A program made the translations under genes and the position numbers. From NCBI GenBank assembly GCA_964560005.1, contig CAZLKB010000002.1, positions 192,381-256,380 of the forward strand: a stretch of 64,000 nucleotides of DNA. Direction: 5' to 3'. Source of the DNA: an uncultured Gammaproteobacteria bacterium (GTDB taxonomy: Bacteria > Patescibacteriota > Patescibacteriia > Patescibacteriales > GWC2-42-12). The notes under the pieces were generated by a model, which saw nothing but the letters and a program-made list of their open reading frames with translations, made no database searches and had not been told where the DNA came from. Shown in pieces: positions 45,685-56,070 of the stretch (its first letter is position 1; every line of letters starts with the position of its first letter).

Positions 45685-46008
45685 ATGCTACAACAAATTA
45701 TCGCCTTGATTATTATCGCCTTTTTTATCGCCAGATTATTTTGGCAAAAACAAAAAAATTATATCGGTTTTAATGAATTTTTGTTTTGGCTGATTTTTTG
45801 GCTGGCGTCGGCGATCTTGATAATTTTTCTAAAATTCATTGACAGATTGGTTTTAAATTTGGGTTTCTCGGGCAGTGGAATTGAGGTTATGCTTTATTTA
45901 AGCGCGGTTATATTATTTTATTTGGTTTTTCGCTTAAGATTAAAACTGGAAAAAATTGAAAAAGATATCACTAAAATTGTTACCAATATCACTCTAAAGG
46001 ATAAATAG
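45685..46008 (+). CDS. Small membrane protein, DUF2304-like
   Basis: Three or four TM helices. Sits immediately after a GtrB-like GT2, the usual context for this family. Confidence 0.5.
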   Translation: MLQQIIALIIIAFFIARLFWQKQKNYIGFNEFLFWLIFWLASAILIIFLKFIDRLVLNLGFSGSGIEVMLYLSAVILFYLVFRLRLKLEKIEKDITKIVTNITLKDK

Positions 46009-46010
46009 AA

Positions 46011-46148
46011 CTACAAATCTACAAATCGGCTACGAATACTGCAAATTATTATCAGTGTTATAAGGGTGAATTTAAATGTTTATTATATTTATTTGTAATA
46101 TTTGTTGTTGATTTGTATATTTGTGATATGATTTGTAATTTGTAGATT
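46011..46148. repeat. Word-based long hairpin (ACAAAT words)
   Basis: CTACAAATCTACAAATCGGCTACGAATACTGCAAATT vs ATTTGTAATATTTGTTGTTGATTTGTATATTTGTGATATGATTTGTAATTTGTAGATT. Confidence 0.8.
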
Positions 46149-46149
46149 T

Positions 46150-47322
46150 ATGAAAATTGCGCAAATTGTATGCGTCTTTCCGCCCTACCTCGGCGGCATC
46201 GGCAACAGTGTTTATAATATTTCCGAAGCTCTGGCTAAGCTTGACTATGAAGTTACCGTTTTTACTCCTCAATATGATTATTTAGATGATAAAAATATTG
46301 TTCCCGATCAAATTGACGCCTCTAACAGTAAATTTATTGTTCAGAAGTTAAAACCCATGTTGCAATTCGGCAACGGCGCTTTTATACCCGGGCTTTTTTT
46401 CCGATTAAACGGTTTTGACATCATCCATTTGCATTATCCGTTTTATGGCGGGATTAAAGCGGTTTTACTGAAAAAATTATTTGCCGGCAAAAAATTAAAA
46501 CTGATATTACACTATCACATGGACAGCCGAGCCAAGGGACTTAAAGGTAGTATTTTTTATTTTTATAGAATTTTTTTTCTTCCCATCTTAGCGCGTTGCG
46601 CTAAAGTGATCACTTGCGCTTCGCTCGATTATATTAAGCATTCCGACTTGAGCGCATATTACCGCTTAAAGCCGAATAAATTCAGGCAAATTTCTTTCGG
46701 CGTCAATCTAGAGCAATTCGTAATCTATAACGATGAAGTAAATAAGCGGCGGGAGCAGCCCGTTATTTTATTCGTCGGCGGGCTGGATAAAGCCCATTAT
46801 TTTAAAGGCCTGGAAAATTTAATCAAAGCTCTGGCGGAAATTAAAAAAAATTCCCGATTCAGCTCCACCCTGCTTAAGGTGGTCGGCCGAGGCGATTTAA
46901 TAGAGTATTATAAGCAATGCGCCGAAACTTTGGGAGTTAAAGATGCCGTGTTTTTTTACGAAGAAATTGATAACAGCAAATTGGTTGATTTTTATAATTA
47001 TTGCGACTGTGTAGCCCTGCCGTCTATAAATAAATCGGAAGCTTTCGGCTTGGTTCTGCTTGAAGCCATGGCCTGCGCCAAACCGGTGGTGACCTCTAAT
47101 TTACCCGGAGTCAGAAGCGTTTTTAAAAATAATAAACAAGGGTTGTTGGTTAAACCGGATAATGTTAAAGATTTGGTTGAAAAATTACAGGTAATTTTGG
47201 GGGATAAAAAGCGATCCGAACTGATGGGTCTGGCCGGCAGGGAATTGGTTGAAAAGAAATATACTTGGGAAAAAGTCGGCAAGAGGCTGGATGTAATTTA
47301 TAATTACGCAAAATATACTTAA
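46150..47322 (+). CDS. Glycosyltransferase family 4
   Basis: LPSINKSEAFGLVLLEAMACAKPVV E-x7-E region; GT-B fold length. Confidence 0.85.
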   Translation: MKIAQIVCVFPPYLGGIGNSVYNISEALAKLDYEVTVFTPQYDYLDDKNIVPDQIDASNSKFIVQKLKPMLQFGNGAFIPGLFFRLNGFDIIHLHYPFYGGIKAVLLKKLFAGKKLKLILHYHMDSRAKGLKGSIFYFYRIFFLPILARCAKVITCASLDYIKHSDLSAYYRLKPNKFRQISFGVNLEQFVIYNDEVNKRREQPVILFVGGLDKAHYFKGLENLIKALAEIKKNSRFSSTLLKVVGRGDLIEYYKQCAETLGVKDAVFFYEEIDNSKLVDFYNYCDCVALPSINKSEAFGLVLLEAMACAKPVVTSNLPGVRSVFKNNKQGLLVKPDNVKDLVEKLQVILGDKKRSELMGLAGRELVEKKYTWEKVGKRLDVIYNYAKYT

Positions 47323-47348
47323 ATATTTATTAGTGAATTTCTGATGTG

Positions 47349-47485
47349 TTGGCTAAAGATATTTGTTTTGAGCGCATGAGAAATTGTGTAATTTTTCTTA
47401 AAATTATCCTGGCTTCATTTTCTAGGATAATTTTAAGAAAAATACTCAAATTTCGTCTAAGCGAAAAACAAATATTTTTAGCCAA
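47349..47485. repeat. Compound long hairpin, homologous to 19847-20015
   Basis: Outer arms 47349-47369/47465-47485, inner stem 47391-47412/47422-47443. Shares TTTTTCTTAAAATTAT and AAGATATTTGT with the other copy. Confidence 0.85.
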
Positions 47486-47503
47486 TTAATTAGATTAGAA
47501 TTT

Positions 47504-48679
47504 ATGAGAATTTGCTTAATCAATAATTTATATAAACCTTATGCCAGAGGCGGCGCCGAGAAAGTAACTCTAACCATAGCGCAGGGGCTTTTGAATGCCG
47601 GGCATGAAGTATTTATTATTACCACTAAACCCTATTGGAAGAAACCCTCGGCGATAACCGACCAACCGGCCGGGGAAAGCCGAATATATTATCTCAATAG
47701 TTTATTTTTTAATCTTAATAAATTTTCTAAGTTCACCCGTTTAATCTGGCATTGTTGGAATATGTTTGATTTTATAAGTTATTTTAAAATTAAAAAAATT
47801 TTAATTAAAGAAAAATGCGAAATTTTGATAACCAATAATTTAATGGGAGTCGGCTATTTGACGAATCTGGCCGCCAAAAAATTAAAACTCAAACATCTTC
47901 ATATTGTTCATGATATTCAGCTGATCCATCCTTCGGGTTTATTATATTTCGGACAAGAAGGCTTGATAGACGGTTATTTTTCCAGAAATTACGCCGGCTT
48001 ATCCAGCCTGATTTTCGGTTCGCCGGATATTGTGATTTTTCCTTCGCGCTGGCTTTTGAATCTTTATCTGGACAAGATTTTTTTCATCAAATCAAAAAGA
48101 ATAGTTTTGCCTAATCCGGTAAAACTCGGCGGCCGGCCTGAGCGGCAAGGAGAAAATCATATTTTTAGATTTTTATTTTTAGGGCAATTGGAAAAACACA
48201 AAGGCCTGAGTTTATTGATTGAAGCCTATAAAAAAGTTAGAGAAAAGTTTCCGAGCGCCGAGTTAATCATCGCCGGCAGCGGTTCCGAGTTGAAGCAGGC
48301 GAAAATAGAGGCCAAGAGGGAAAACAGCATAAAAGTTTTAGGCTGGCAGAATGAGGAGCAAATTAAAAAGCTCTTGCATGATTGCCATTGCTTGGCGGTG
48401 CCGACTCTATGCTACGAAAATTGTCCGTCCGTGATTTTAGAAGCTTTTGGCGCCGGCCTGCCGGTTCTAGCCGCCGATTTAGGCGGTATCAGCGAACTAA
48501 TCGGCGAAAATGCCGGCCTTTTATTCAGACCAGGGAACGCGGCGGATTTAATGGAGAAAATGGAATGGGCGCTGGCGCACCCGGAAGATTTAAAGAAGCT
48601 GGCCGAGGCGGGCAGAGAAAAAGCCGCGCGATTCAATGTTGAAAATTATATAAAAGAAATAGAGGAGCTATTAAAATAA
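47504..48679 (+). CDS. Glycosyltransferase family 4
   Basis: GGAEKV N-terminus and VPTLCYENCPSVILEAFGAGLPVL E-x7-E region. Confidence 0.85.
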   Translation: MRICLINNLYKPYARGGAEKVTLTIAQGLLNAGHEVFIITTKPYWKKPSAITDQPAGESRIYYLNSLFFNLNKFSKFTRLIWHCWNMFDFISYFKIKKILIKEKCEILITNNLMGVGYLTNLAAKKLKLKHLHIVHDIQLIHPSGLLYFGQEGLIDGYFSRNYAGLSSLIFGSPDIVIFPSRWLLNLYLDKIFFIKSKRIVLPNPVKLGGRPERQGENHIFRFLFLGQLEKHKGLSLLIEAYKKVREKFPSAELIIAGSGSELKQAKIEAKRENSIKVLGWQNEEQIKKLLHDCHCLAVPTLCYENCPSVILEAFGAGLPVLAADLGGISELIGENAGLLFRPGNAADLMEKMEWALAHPEDLKKLAEAGREKAARFNVENYIKEIEELLK

Positions 48680-48757
48680 ATTTTATTATTTTTTGGATTG
48701 CTTTAATTACAGTCGTAAATTTGCCGAAACAAAAATCATTAACTGGCGCAATCCGGA

Positions 48758-50701
48758 TTATCTTAGGTACTTAAACACATAAACCTCTCCATTTTTTATT
48801 ACTTCAAAGCTATCGGCTGAGAGCTTGGCTTCGGCCAGAATTTTAGAAAAAGCCCACCAGTATTGGTTTAAAACAAAATATGCCTCGTCGACGCCGGCTA
48901 AACCCATGGCCTCCAGCATGGTTACGCGGCTAGGCTGCTTATAGACCATATCCAAGTAAAATTGATAAAGAGGGGAGCCGGTGGGAATCGGATAGTAAAA
49001 TAGCTGGTTTCGGCCGTCGCCGTAATATTTTTTAAAGCCAAACCGGCTTAGGGCGGCGGCGCTTACCTGCTGATTGGCCAAAACAATAAAATCGCCTTTG
49101 GCGCTAGAATTTATCCAATCAACCGATTCCAGGTCGGCGCCGGAAACCGAATAGCCTCGGGAATTGAAATAATTATCAAAACGAGGGTAAGTTAGGTATA
49201 GAGAAGTCGTAATTAAAATAACCAAGCAGGCGGCCAGAATCAGTTTATAAAAAATATTTTGCGAGAAAACCTTCTCTAGAAAAGCATAGATTGAAATTAT
49301 TATGAAAGGCAGAAGAAATAATAAAGCGATCAGCAGAATTCTTTCCGAATAATCGCCTCGCTCATAATTTATTAAAAAAGCAAAGGGTATTTTATCGGTT
49401 AAAAAATAGGAAATGAATAATGACAGCGACATCGCCAGGTAAAGAAAAAATATCCGGCAATTTTCTTTGAATTTCCAGGCGATCACTAGGCCGCCGGCAA
49501 CCAATAATAATAGGATCAACTTCAGGTTAAAACCGTATAAATAAATGAAATTTAAAATAAAATTTTCTTGACCCGGCACGCCGAAGCCGGCTGAATCAAC
49601 GGCCGGAGCGATTAAATTAGCCGCCGCCGAGGATATTTTTTTATTTAAAACAAAAAATATGATCGGCAAAATCAAAACCGAAATAATCAATAAAAACGGG
49701 TAGAGAAATAATTTTATCCGGCTTTTATCGCCGTGATAGACCGCTAAGAGCAGGCAGAAAATAATGGCCGGCAATCCGGCAATCGGCTGGATAATCAGCG
49801 CGGTTAGCGATAAAAGCAGAATAATTAAAAAGTCGTAGTGGTTTTTGCAGATTAAGCCCAGTAGAATAATAATGATCAACAATATGTAGGCTAAATTTTG
49901 CGGCGTGGTAACTATTAAGAAGGGGAAAGTTAAAGCCAATAGTGAAAAAATTAAAATAAGATTAAGCCGTTTATCCGTGAACCAATGATTTACCGCTTGC
50001 CATAAAGCCAGGGGTAAAAAAATCGCGGCTAATAAAGGAACCAACAGGCGATCCAGCCAAACCAATGATAGCGCGGTTATTTTATGGAGAATCACGACCA
50101 GGCTATATTGCCCCAGATAATAAAGCGGCTTGGGCTCTACCGCTCCGATTTTATCAATCAAATTTTCCGTGGCCTGGTGGACAAAAGGATCAAAGCCGTA
50201 GCCTAAGCGATAAACGATTAAAGCCACGGAAAAAGATAAAAAATAATGAATGATAATCAAAAATAGGGCGATTTTTCTATTTTTAATAATATTAGCCAGT
50301 AGCAAGAGACTGGCCAAGCTGAAACTTATAAAGAAGTACGAGGGAACCGCTTGCCAGGGAGAGATAATCGCTTCGTCCGTTCGGTGGTTCAGTAAAATAT
50401 AAAAACAAGACAAAATCACGAGGCCATAAGCCAATAGCAACAGTAAATTGACAAAAGAAAATCCTTGTTTTAATTCAGGATTTTTCGTTTGATTGATTAA
50501 GCGGCAAGCAACCGGCTGATTTTTTTTATTTGCGTAATAGTAATAATATTGTATAATGATAAAGGAAATAACCGCTAAAGTTAAACTAATTATTATTCCT
50601 TTAAAATTAAGCGAATAAACACGATAAACCAAGCCGCCGAATAAAGAAATCAGACATAAAAAAATTAAGGAGGAATTAAGAATAAAAATAATTTTTTTCA
50701 T
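48758..50701 (-). CDS. Large polytopic membrane protein, possibly a GT-C-type glycosyltransferase or polymerase
   Basis: More than 12 predicted TM helices plus a C-terminal soluble domain, in a glycan-cluster context. No firm motif. Confidence 0.4.
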   Translation of the reverse strand: MKKIIFILNSSLIFLCLISLFGGLVYRVYSLNFKGIIISLTLAVISFIIIQYYYYYANKKNQPVACRLINQTKNPELKQGFSFVNLLLLLAYGLVILSCFYILLNHRTDEAIISPWQAVPSYFFISFSLASLLLLANIIKNRKIALFLIIIHYFLSFSVALIVYRLGYGFDPFVHQATENLIDKIGAVEPKPLYYLGQYSLVVILHKITALSLVWLDRLLVPLLAAIFLPLALWQAVNHWFTDKRLNLILIFSLLALTFPFLIVTTPQNLAYILLIIIILLGLICKNHYDFLIILLLSLTALIIQPIAGLPAIIFCLLLAVYHGDKSRIKLFLYPFLLIISVLILPIIFFVLNKKISSAAANLIAPAVDSAGFGVPGQENFILNFIYLYGFNLKLILLLLVAGGLVIAWKFKENCRIFFLYLAMSLSLFISYFLTDKIPFAFLINYERGDYSERILLIALLFLLPFIIISIYAFLEKVFSQNIFYKLILAACLVILITTSLYLTYPRFDNYFNSRGYSVSGADLESVDWINSSAKGDFIVLANQQVSAAALSRFGFKKYYGDGRNQLFYYPIPTGSPLYQFYLDMVYKQPSRVTMLEAMGLAGVDEAYFVLNQYWWAFSKILAEAKLSADSFEVIKNGEVYVFKYLR

Positions 50702-50740
50702 GAAAATTTAGTGTTAGCTTTATATATTTTAGCATATTTT

Positions 50741-51283
50741 ATGATAAATCACATAATCATTTTTTGGCTAAGTATCGCCGGGCTGATATTTTTAACCTAT
50801 TGCTGCGCCAGTATAATATTTTCGGTTTTGTCTTTTGCGCCCTGGGTGCCGAGCCGCGGCCGAGACTTGGCCAGGATTTTTAAATTGGCCGATTTAAAAC
50901 CGGGCCAGACATTTTATGATTTGGGCTGCGGCGACGGCAAGCTGGTAATTTACGCGGCCGAGCATTACAAAGTTCAGGCTATCGGGTTGGAAATATCATT
51001 GCCTCTTTATTTAATTTGCCGGTTAAGAAAGATTTTTATAAAAGAAGGCCAAGCTGAATTCAAGTTTAAAAATTTATTTAAAGAAAATATATCGGATGCC
51101 GATGTGGTTTATTTTTTCGGCATACCGGGCTCATTAAACGAAAGTTTTACCGCTAAGCTTAAAAAAGAATTAAAACCGGGCGCCAAAGTAATTTCTTACG
51201 CTTTTAAGCTTAACAACTGGGCGCCTGCGATAATAGACAAGCCGAGTGAAAAGGATTTGCCGATTAATTTATATATAGTATAG
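50741..51283 (+). CDS. Class I SAM-dependent methyltransferase with an N-terminal membrane anchor
   Basis: Motif I FYDLGCGDGKLV. The track start is GTG 50711; ATG 50741 is preferred. Confidence 0.75.
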   Translation: MINHIIIFWLSIAGLIFLTYCCASIIFSVLSFAPWVPSRGRDLARIFKLADLKPGQTFYDLGCGDGKLVIYAAEHYKVQAIGLEISLPLYLICRLRKIFIKEGQAEFKFKNLFKENISDADVVYFFGIPGSLNESFTAKLKKELKPGAKVISYAFKLNNWAPAIIDKPSEKDLPINLYIV

Positions 51284-51287
51284 AAAA

Positions 51288-51536
51288 GTTTAAAATGTAA
51301 AAATCAAAATGAAAAATGACAGTTTAAAATGTAAAATTGAAATACCGCTTTAATTATTATTACGAGCGGCTGACAAGAGCGAAGCAATCTTTGGTTCGAA
51401 GCAGTTACCCGAGATTGCTTAGTCGCGATGACAGAAAAATTTTAAATTTTACATTGTCATTGCTCTGCAATGACCCCGCATCTGCGAGGTGCTAGCGGAG
51501 CTGGTATTTTACATTTTGTGATTTAAATTTTTCATT
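51288..51536. repeat. Long AT-rich inverted repeat, homologous to 4598-4751, with nested GC-richer inserts
   Basis: Left arm 51288-51342. The right arm 51435-51461 + 51505-51536 is split by a 43-nt insert (51462-51504). The central module contains GCGAAGCAATCT...AGATTGCTTAGTCGC. Confidence 0.85.
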
Positions 51537-51551
51537 ATATTAATAATAAAT

Positions 51552-53291
51552 ATGTTTTTAATTCTAAAAAATTGGCTGCTTAAACATTGGCATTGGATTT
51601 TACTTATAACCATGGCCGTTGTTTTTTTTATCGGCACCGCCGGTTATAATTACTATTCGCATCCGGATAATTTTATTAAATGGGGCTCTCCCGACGAATC
51701 GGCCAATTATAACTTTACCAAGCTTTACGCCCAGGAAGGGCGAATGTCATTTTTTGAAAGATATAATCTTTTGGCCTCGGATATTATCCGTCCCCGCTCC
51801 TACTTAAGCGATAAAGGCTGGCTTAAACCGGTGAGCTTCCTAGGCCTTATTTTAATCTACGGAAAAATCGCCGGCTTGACAACTTATAAAATTTTGCCTT
51901 ATTTAACGCCCCTGTTCGCCGCTATCGGCATTATTTTCTATTACTTGTTAATCAAGGAAATATTCGGCAAGCGCAACGGCTTGATCTCGGCTCTTATTCT
52001 GGCTTGCTTCCCCCCGTTTATTTATTATAGCGCGCGCAGTTTATTTCATAATGTATTGCTGATCGTTCTTTTAATAATAAGCTTTTATTTCGCCGTGCTG
52101 ATGGTGAAGCGGAAGAAATCATCAGCGCCCGAAGCCGCCGGCCTAAAAGTTAAAGCCAATGAATTTTTACCTGATATTTACGCCGCTTTAAGCGGATTAT
52201 TTCTAGGCTTGACGGTCATCACCAGGCTGTCGGAATTAATTTGGCTGATTCCGGCTTGGCTGGCTTTGTGGCTATTTAATATCAGGCAGGTTGGTTTAAA
52301 AAAGCTAATAATTTTTTTAGTTTTTTTAGGTTTCGCTTTAGTTCCGGCGGTTTATTGGAATATGATTTTATATCAATCGTATTGGCAGGGAGGCTATGGC
52401 GAAATGAACCGGTCAATTTTAAATATTGCCGGAGCCGGCAGAGCCATCGTGGAATCCGGCGGGATGAAAATCGGCGTGGTTAAGGATAGTTTGATTCAAA
52501 TAAAAAATAATTTTTTCCATTTCGGCTTTTGGCCGGTTAAAAGCTTTAAAATGCTTTTTTATTATTTCGCTCAGATGTTTTATTGGCTGTTTATACCGGC
52601 CGTATTAGGATCGCTTTGGTTTTTAAAAGAGATTAAAAAATGGAAAAAAAGGCATATTGCCTACTTAACCGCTTATGTAATTACTTTTTTAATTTTACTG
52701 TTCTATTACGGCAGCTGGGATTTTCACGATAATCCGGATCCAAAGAGCCATACCATCGGTAATTCTTACACCCGCTATTGGCTGCCGATTTATTTAGGCG
52801 CTATGCCGCTGGCCAGTTTTTTCCTATTGAAATTCAGTAAATTATTAAGAAAGAAGGTTTTAATTCATAGCGTCCGAGTTTTAATAATTTTAGCCGTGTT
52901 TATCATTTCCATAAGATTTGTTTTAATCGGCAGCGCCGAAGGCTTGGTTCAATCAATAAAAAAACAATTGGCTTCGCGAACTGAATTTAATCAGGTGCTA
53001 AGTTTAACCGAGCCCAGGGCTGTTATTATCACCCAGTACCACGACAAGCTTCTTTTCCCGGAAAGAAAAGTTATCGTCGGTTTGTTTAATGACGATAATA
53101 TGATAAATCAATACGCGGTTTTAGCCGAATATTTACCGGTTTATTATTATAATTTTACTTTCCCTGAAAAGGATTATAATTATCTAAATAATAAGAAACT
53201 GGCTAAGTTTAATCTGCAAATAAATTCTGTAGCGCAAGTGACCAAGGATTTTACGCTTTATCAGTTGAATCTCGTAACGCGCAACCCGTAA
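51552..53291 (+). CDS. GT-C glycosyltransferase (family 39/83, ArnT/PMT-like)
   Basis: Polytopic protein. The first extracytoplasmic loop carries a DE motif (GSPDESANY), and there is a C-terminal soluble domain. Confidence 0.55.
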   Translation: MFLILKNWLLKHWHWILLITMAVVFFIGTAGYNYYSHPDNFIKWGSPDESANYNFTKLYAQEGRMSFFERYNLLASDIIRPRSYLSDKGWLKPVSFLGLILIYGKIAGLTTYKILPYLTPLFAAIGIIFYYLLIKEIFGKRNGLISALILACFPPFIYYSARSLFHNVLLIVLLIISFYFAVLMVKRKKSSAPEAAGLKVKANEFLPDIYAALSGLFLGLTVITRLSELIWLIPAWLALWLFNIRQVGLKKLIIFLVFLGFALVPAVYWNMILYQSYWQGGYGEMNRSILNIAGAGRAIVESGGMKIGVVKDSLIQIKNNFFHFGFWPVKSFKMLFYYFAQMFYWLFIPAVLGSLWFLKEIKKWKKRHIAYLTAYVITFLILLFYYGSWDFHDNPDPKSHTIGNSYTRYWLPIYLGAMPLASFFLLKFSKLLRKKVLIHSVRVLIILAVFIISIRFVLIGSAEGLVQSIKKQLASRTEFNQVLSLTEPRAVIITQYHDKLLFPERKVIVGLFNDDNMINQYAVLAEYLPVYYYNFTFPEKDYNYLNNKKLAKFNLQINSVAQVTKDFTLYQLNLVTRNP

Positions 53292-53350
53292 CTCATAACT
53301 TCAAAAATTACTTATTCCAGCCAGCTGCTAAATATAAATATTGTTATTAT

Positions 53351-54499
53351 ATGGCTAAAAATAATATTAAGCGCATCGGCATTGACGCCCGTTTCTACGG
53401 GCCGGTCGGCAAGGGTTTGGGCAGATATACTCAGGAAATAGTTGATAATATAATTAAAAACGATCCTCTTAACGAGTATGTGATTTTTTTACGCCGGGAA
53501 AATTTTAACGATTTTAAGACCGATAACGCAAAAGTTAAAAAAGTACTGGCTGATTTTCGCTGGTATGGCTTTAAGGAGCAAATTATATTTCCTTTTCTAA
53601 TTTCGCTTGAGCGGCTGGATTTAATCCATTTTCCTCATTTTAATGTGCCTTTGTTTTGCCCGGTTAGATTTATCGTAACGATTCATGATTTAATTTTGAT
53701 AAAATTCCCGACTCAGCGCGCTACCACTTTAGCCCCGATGATTTATAAAATAAAGAATTTTTTTTACAGAATTGTCATTACTAATGCGGTTAAGCGGGCG
53801 CGCCGCGTGCTAGCCGTATCCGAATATACCAAGAAGGAAATTATCAAGCAATTCAAAATTAAATCGGAAAAAATTATTGTTACTTATGAAGGCGTAGCCG
53901 ATCTGGCGCGCGGTAAAGCTGAAAACCGTGATTCCGGCAATGTATTGGCAAAGTATCAGATCACCCGGCCGTTTTTGCTCTATGTCGGCAACGCTTATCC
54001 GCATAAAAACCTGGAAGGCTTGATTAAAGTTTTTTCCCTGATTAATAGCCAAAGAAAAGATTTAAGCCTGGTCTTGGTGGGCAAGGATGATTATTTTTAT
54101 AGCCGGCTTAAAAAGTACGCTCTAAATTTTTCAGCCAGCATAATATTTCCGGGTTATGTTCCGGACCAAGAATTAAAAATTCTATATTCAAAAGCCTTTG
54201 TCTATGTTTTTCCTTCTTTTTACGAAGGCTTCGGCTTGCCGGCCTTAGAAGCCATGGCCTTCGGCCTGCCGGTCGTGAGTTCAAATAAAACAAGCCTACC
54301 CGAAATTTTCGGTACGGCCGCGGTTTATTTCAATCCCGAAGATGAAGCGGAGATGAAAGAAAAAATAGAATCGGTTATTAATAATGAAGAATTAAGGCAG
54401 GATTTAAGAAATCGGGGACCGGAGCAAGTAAAAAAATACAGCTGGAGCGAATGCGCGCGGCTGACTCTGGAAGCCTATAAGACTATTTTAAATGAATAA
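53351..54499 (+). CDS. Glycosyltransferase family 4
   Basis: FPSFYEGFGLPALEAMAFGLPVV E-x7-E region. Confidence 0.85.
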   Translation: MAKNNIKRIGIDARFYGPVGKGLGRYTQEIVDNIIKNDPLNEYVIFLRRENFNDFKTDNAKVKKVLADFRWYGFKEQIIFPFLISLERLDLIHFPHFNVPLFCPVRFIVTIHDLILIKFPTQRATTLAPMIYKIKNFFYRIVITNAVKRARRVLAVSEYTKKEIIKQFKIKSEKIIVTYEGVADLARGKAENRDSGNVLAKYQITRPFLLYVGNAYPHKNLEGLIKVFSLINSQRKDLSLVLVGKDDYFYSRLKKYALNFSASIIFPGYVPDQELKILYSKAFVYVFPSFYEGFGLPALEAMAFGLPVVSSNKTSLPEIFGTAAVYFNPEDEAEMKEKIESVINNEELRQDLRNRGPEQVKKYSWSECARLTLEAYKTILNE

Positions 54500-54508
54500 T
54501 TTATTAAT

Positions 54509-55909
54509 ATGACCACTCAGCAGGCATGGGAAAAACAAAAAGAATTAATGAAGGACTATAAGGATAGCTGTCCGGAGCTGGTTATTAGCACTAAAGCGAG
54601 GTCTGAAGCTGAATTTTTTAGCGAAATCGGCATTAAAAATATGCCCACTAACAGGTTAAAGGGGTATTTAAGGCTGCATTACTCGGATTTTTTAGTGGAA
54701 GAAAAAACTCAAGATAACCGGATTATCAGGCTGGACGAATTAAATGCTTCAGCGGGAATTACCAGGAACGCGAAAGAGAAAACGCTTTACGCGCATTTGA
54801 TAAAAATTGGCCTAACCACTAACGCGGCGGTAGATCGATTAAACGAATTTTTAAATTATACGGGCAAGATCGGTTACGCCGGATTAAAAGATGATCAGGC
54901 CATCACGGCTCAACTTCTAGCTTTTCCGAAAATAAATCAAACCGCAGAAGAAATCAGCCGTGTAAAAATTCCCAATTTGATACTTACTAAATTCCGCTGG
55001 GGCAAGGGCGTAATCAAACCTGGTTACCTGGCCGGGAATGTTTTTACCATTACGGTTAGGACCGAAGCTCGAGCGGATCAGACCGAGCTGGAATTAAAAT
55101 TAAAAAATATAGAAAAATTCGGCTTTTTAAATTATTTTCAGAGCCAAAGGTTCGGCGGCCAGAGATTAATCAGCCATAAAATCGGCAAACTGATTTTACA
55201 GGGAAATTACGAACTGGCGGTAAAGTATTTATTGTTCAAAACTAATAAATATGAAATGCCGCTGATAGCTAAACTTAAAAAGGAAGCGGAAAAAATTTAC
55301 CCTGATTTTAAGAAGATGGAAACGATTTTCGCCAACTTGCCTTATAGTTTTCTTTATGAAACCAGGGTTGTTAACCACTTAAAAAACAATCCGGCTGATT
55401 TCGTCGGCGCCTTAAGCGCGATTAGCGATAGTATTACCATGTGCTTATACGCTTACGCCAGTCTGCTGTTCAATCGTTATTTATCCGACCATGCCAAGGA
55501 TAAGGGCGTGACTAATGAAAGATTTCCTTTATTAATCAGCTCGGATCCGTTTGACCAGAAATTTTATGAAAAATATTTAATAGAGGATGGTATCCGGGAC
55601 ATCTTTAAAGTTTTAAAACCGTTTAAATTTATTTATTGGGCTAAACGAGATTGGGCCGGTAGGATTTTTCCGACTGATGTTAGCTGCCGGACTTTTAGTG
55701 CCGGAGCGGTAGTTAATTTCTTTTTGCCTAAAGGCGCTTACGCGACCACTTTTTTAGCAAATTTATTTGAGCTTCACGAGGAAACGCCGATTCCGAATTG
55801 GGTAAAGCATGAAGAAATAGATCCTAAAGAATTATTAGGGCAGGGGAGTCTCAAGGAGATCAAAGAAATTTTTAAAGATTATTGGCGTTATAAAAATACT
55901 CTAGTTTGA
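54509..55909 (+). CDS. truD: tRNA pseudouridine(13) synthase TruD
   Basis: GYAGLKDDQAIT (catalytic Asp motif GxKD) and NYFQSQRFG motifs. Confidence 0.8.
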   Translation: MTTQQAWEKQKELMKDYKDSCPELVISTKARSEAEFFSEIGIKNMPTNRLKGYLRLHYSDFLVEEKTQDNRIIRLDELNASAGITRNAKEKTLYAHLIKIGLTTNAAVDRLNEFLNYTGKIGYAGLKDDQAITAQLLAFPKINQTAEEISRVKIPNLILTKFRWGKGVIKPGYLAGNVFTITVRTEARADQTELELKLKNIEKFGFLNYFQSQRFGGQRLISHKIGKLILQGNYELAVKYLLFKTNKYEMPLIAKLKKEAEKIYPDFKKMETIFANLPYSFLYETRVVNHLKNNPADFVGALSAISDSITMCLYAYASLLFNRYLSDHAKDKGVTNERFPLLISSDPFDQKFYEKYLIEDGIRDIFKVLKPFKFIYWAKRDWAGRIFPTDVSCRTFSAGAVVNFFLPKGAYATTFLANLFELHEETPIPNWVKHEEIDPKELLGQGSLKEIKEIFKDYWRYKNTLV

Positions 55910-55960
55910 ATATCAAGATCCACTCCATCAGTCGGCGGATTCGCGCTGGTGATGAAATTC

Positions 55961-56051
55961 GAGAAAAAGAAAAACCCCTGAAAAGAAACTCACGAGTTTT
56001 TCCCGTTTGCTTCACCTTTTCAGGGGGGGGTGGCGCCGTTACGCGGCGCCA
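55961..56051 (-). terminator. Tandem GC-rich hairpins terminating the minus-strand GC-rich operon
   Basis: TGGCGCCG-TTAC-GCGGCGCCA (56031-56051). CCCCTGAAAAG/CTTTTCAGGGG (55975-56026) is followed on the minus strand by a T-rich run. Confidence 0.65.
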
Positions 56052-56070
56052 ATGATTTATTTAGAGCGTC

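Noticed and set aside
48382-48642. A GC-richer patch with shadow ORFs at the 3' end of the GT4 gene 47504-48679, which could be a mosaic or recombined segment.
   Set aside because: The encoded segment is the normal Ala/Gly-rich E-x7-E region of a GT4 enzyme in the same frame. There are no boundary repeats and no break in the protein alignment logic, so amino-acid composition probably explains it.
50702-50740. An extremely short divergent intergenic region (9 nt by the ORF track, 39 nt with ATG 50741) between the 647-aa membrane protein gene and the methyltransferase gene.
   Set aside because: It is probably a start-codon assignment problem rather than biology, and I could not identify promoters within it. 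Noted only as an annotation caveat.
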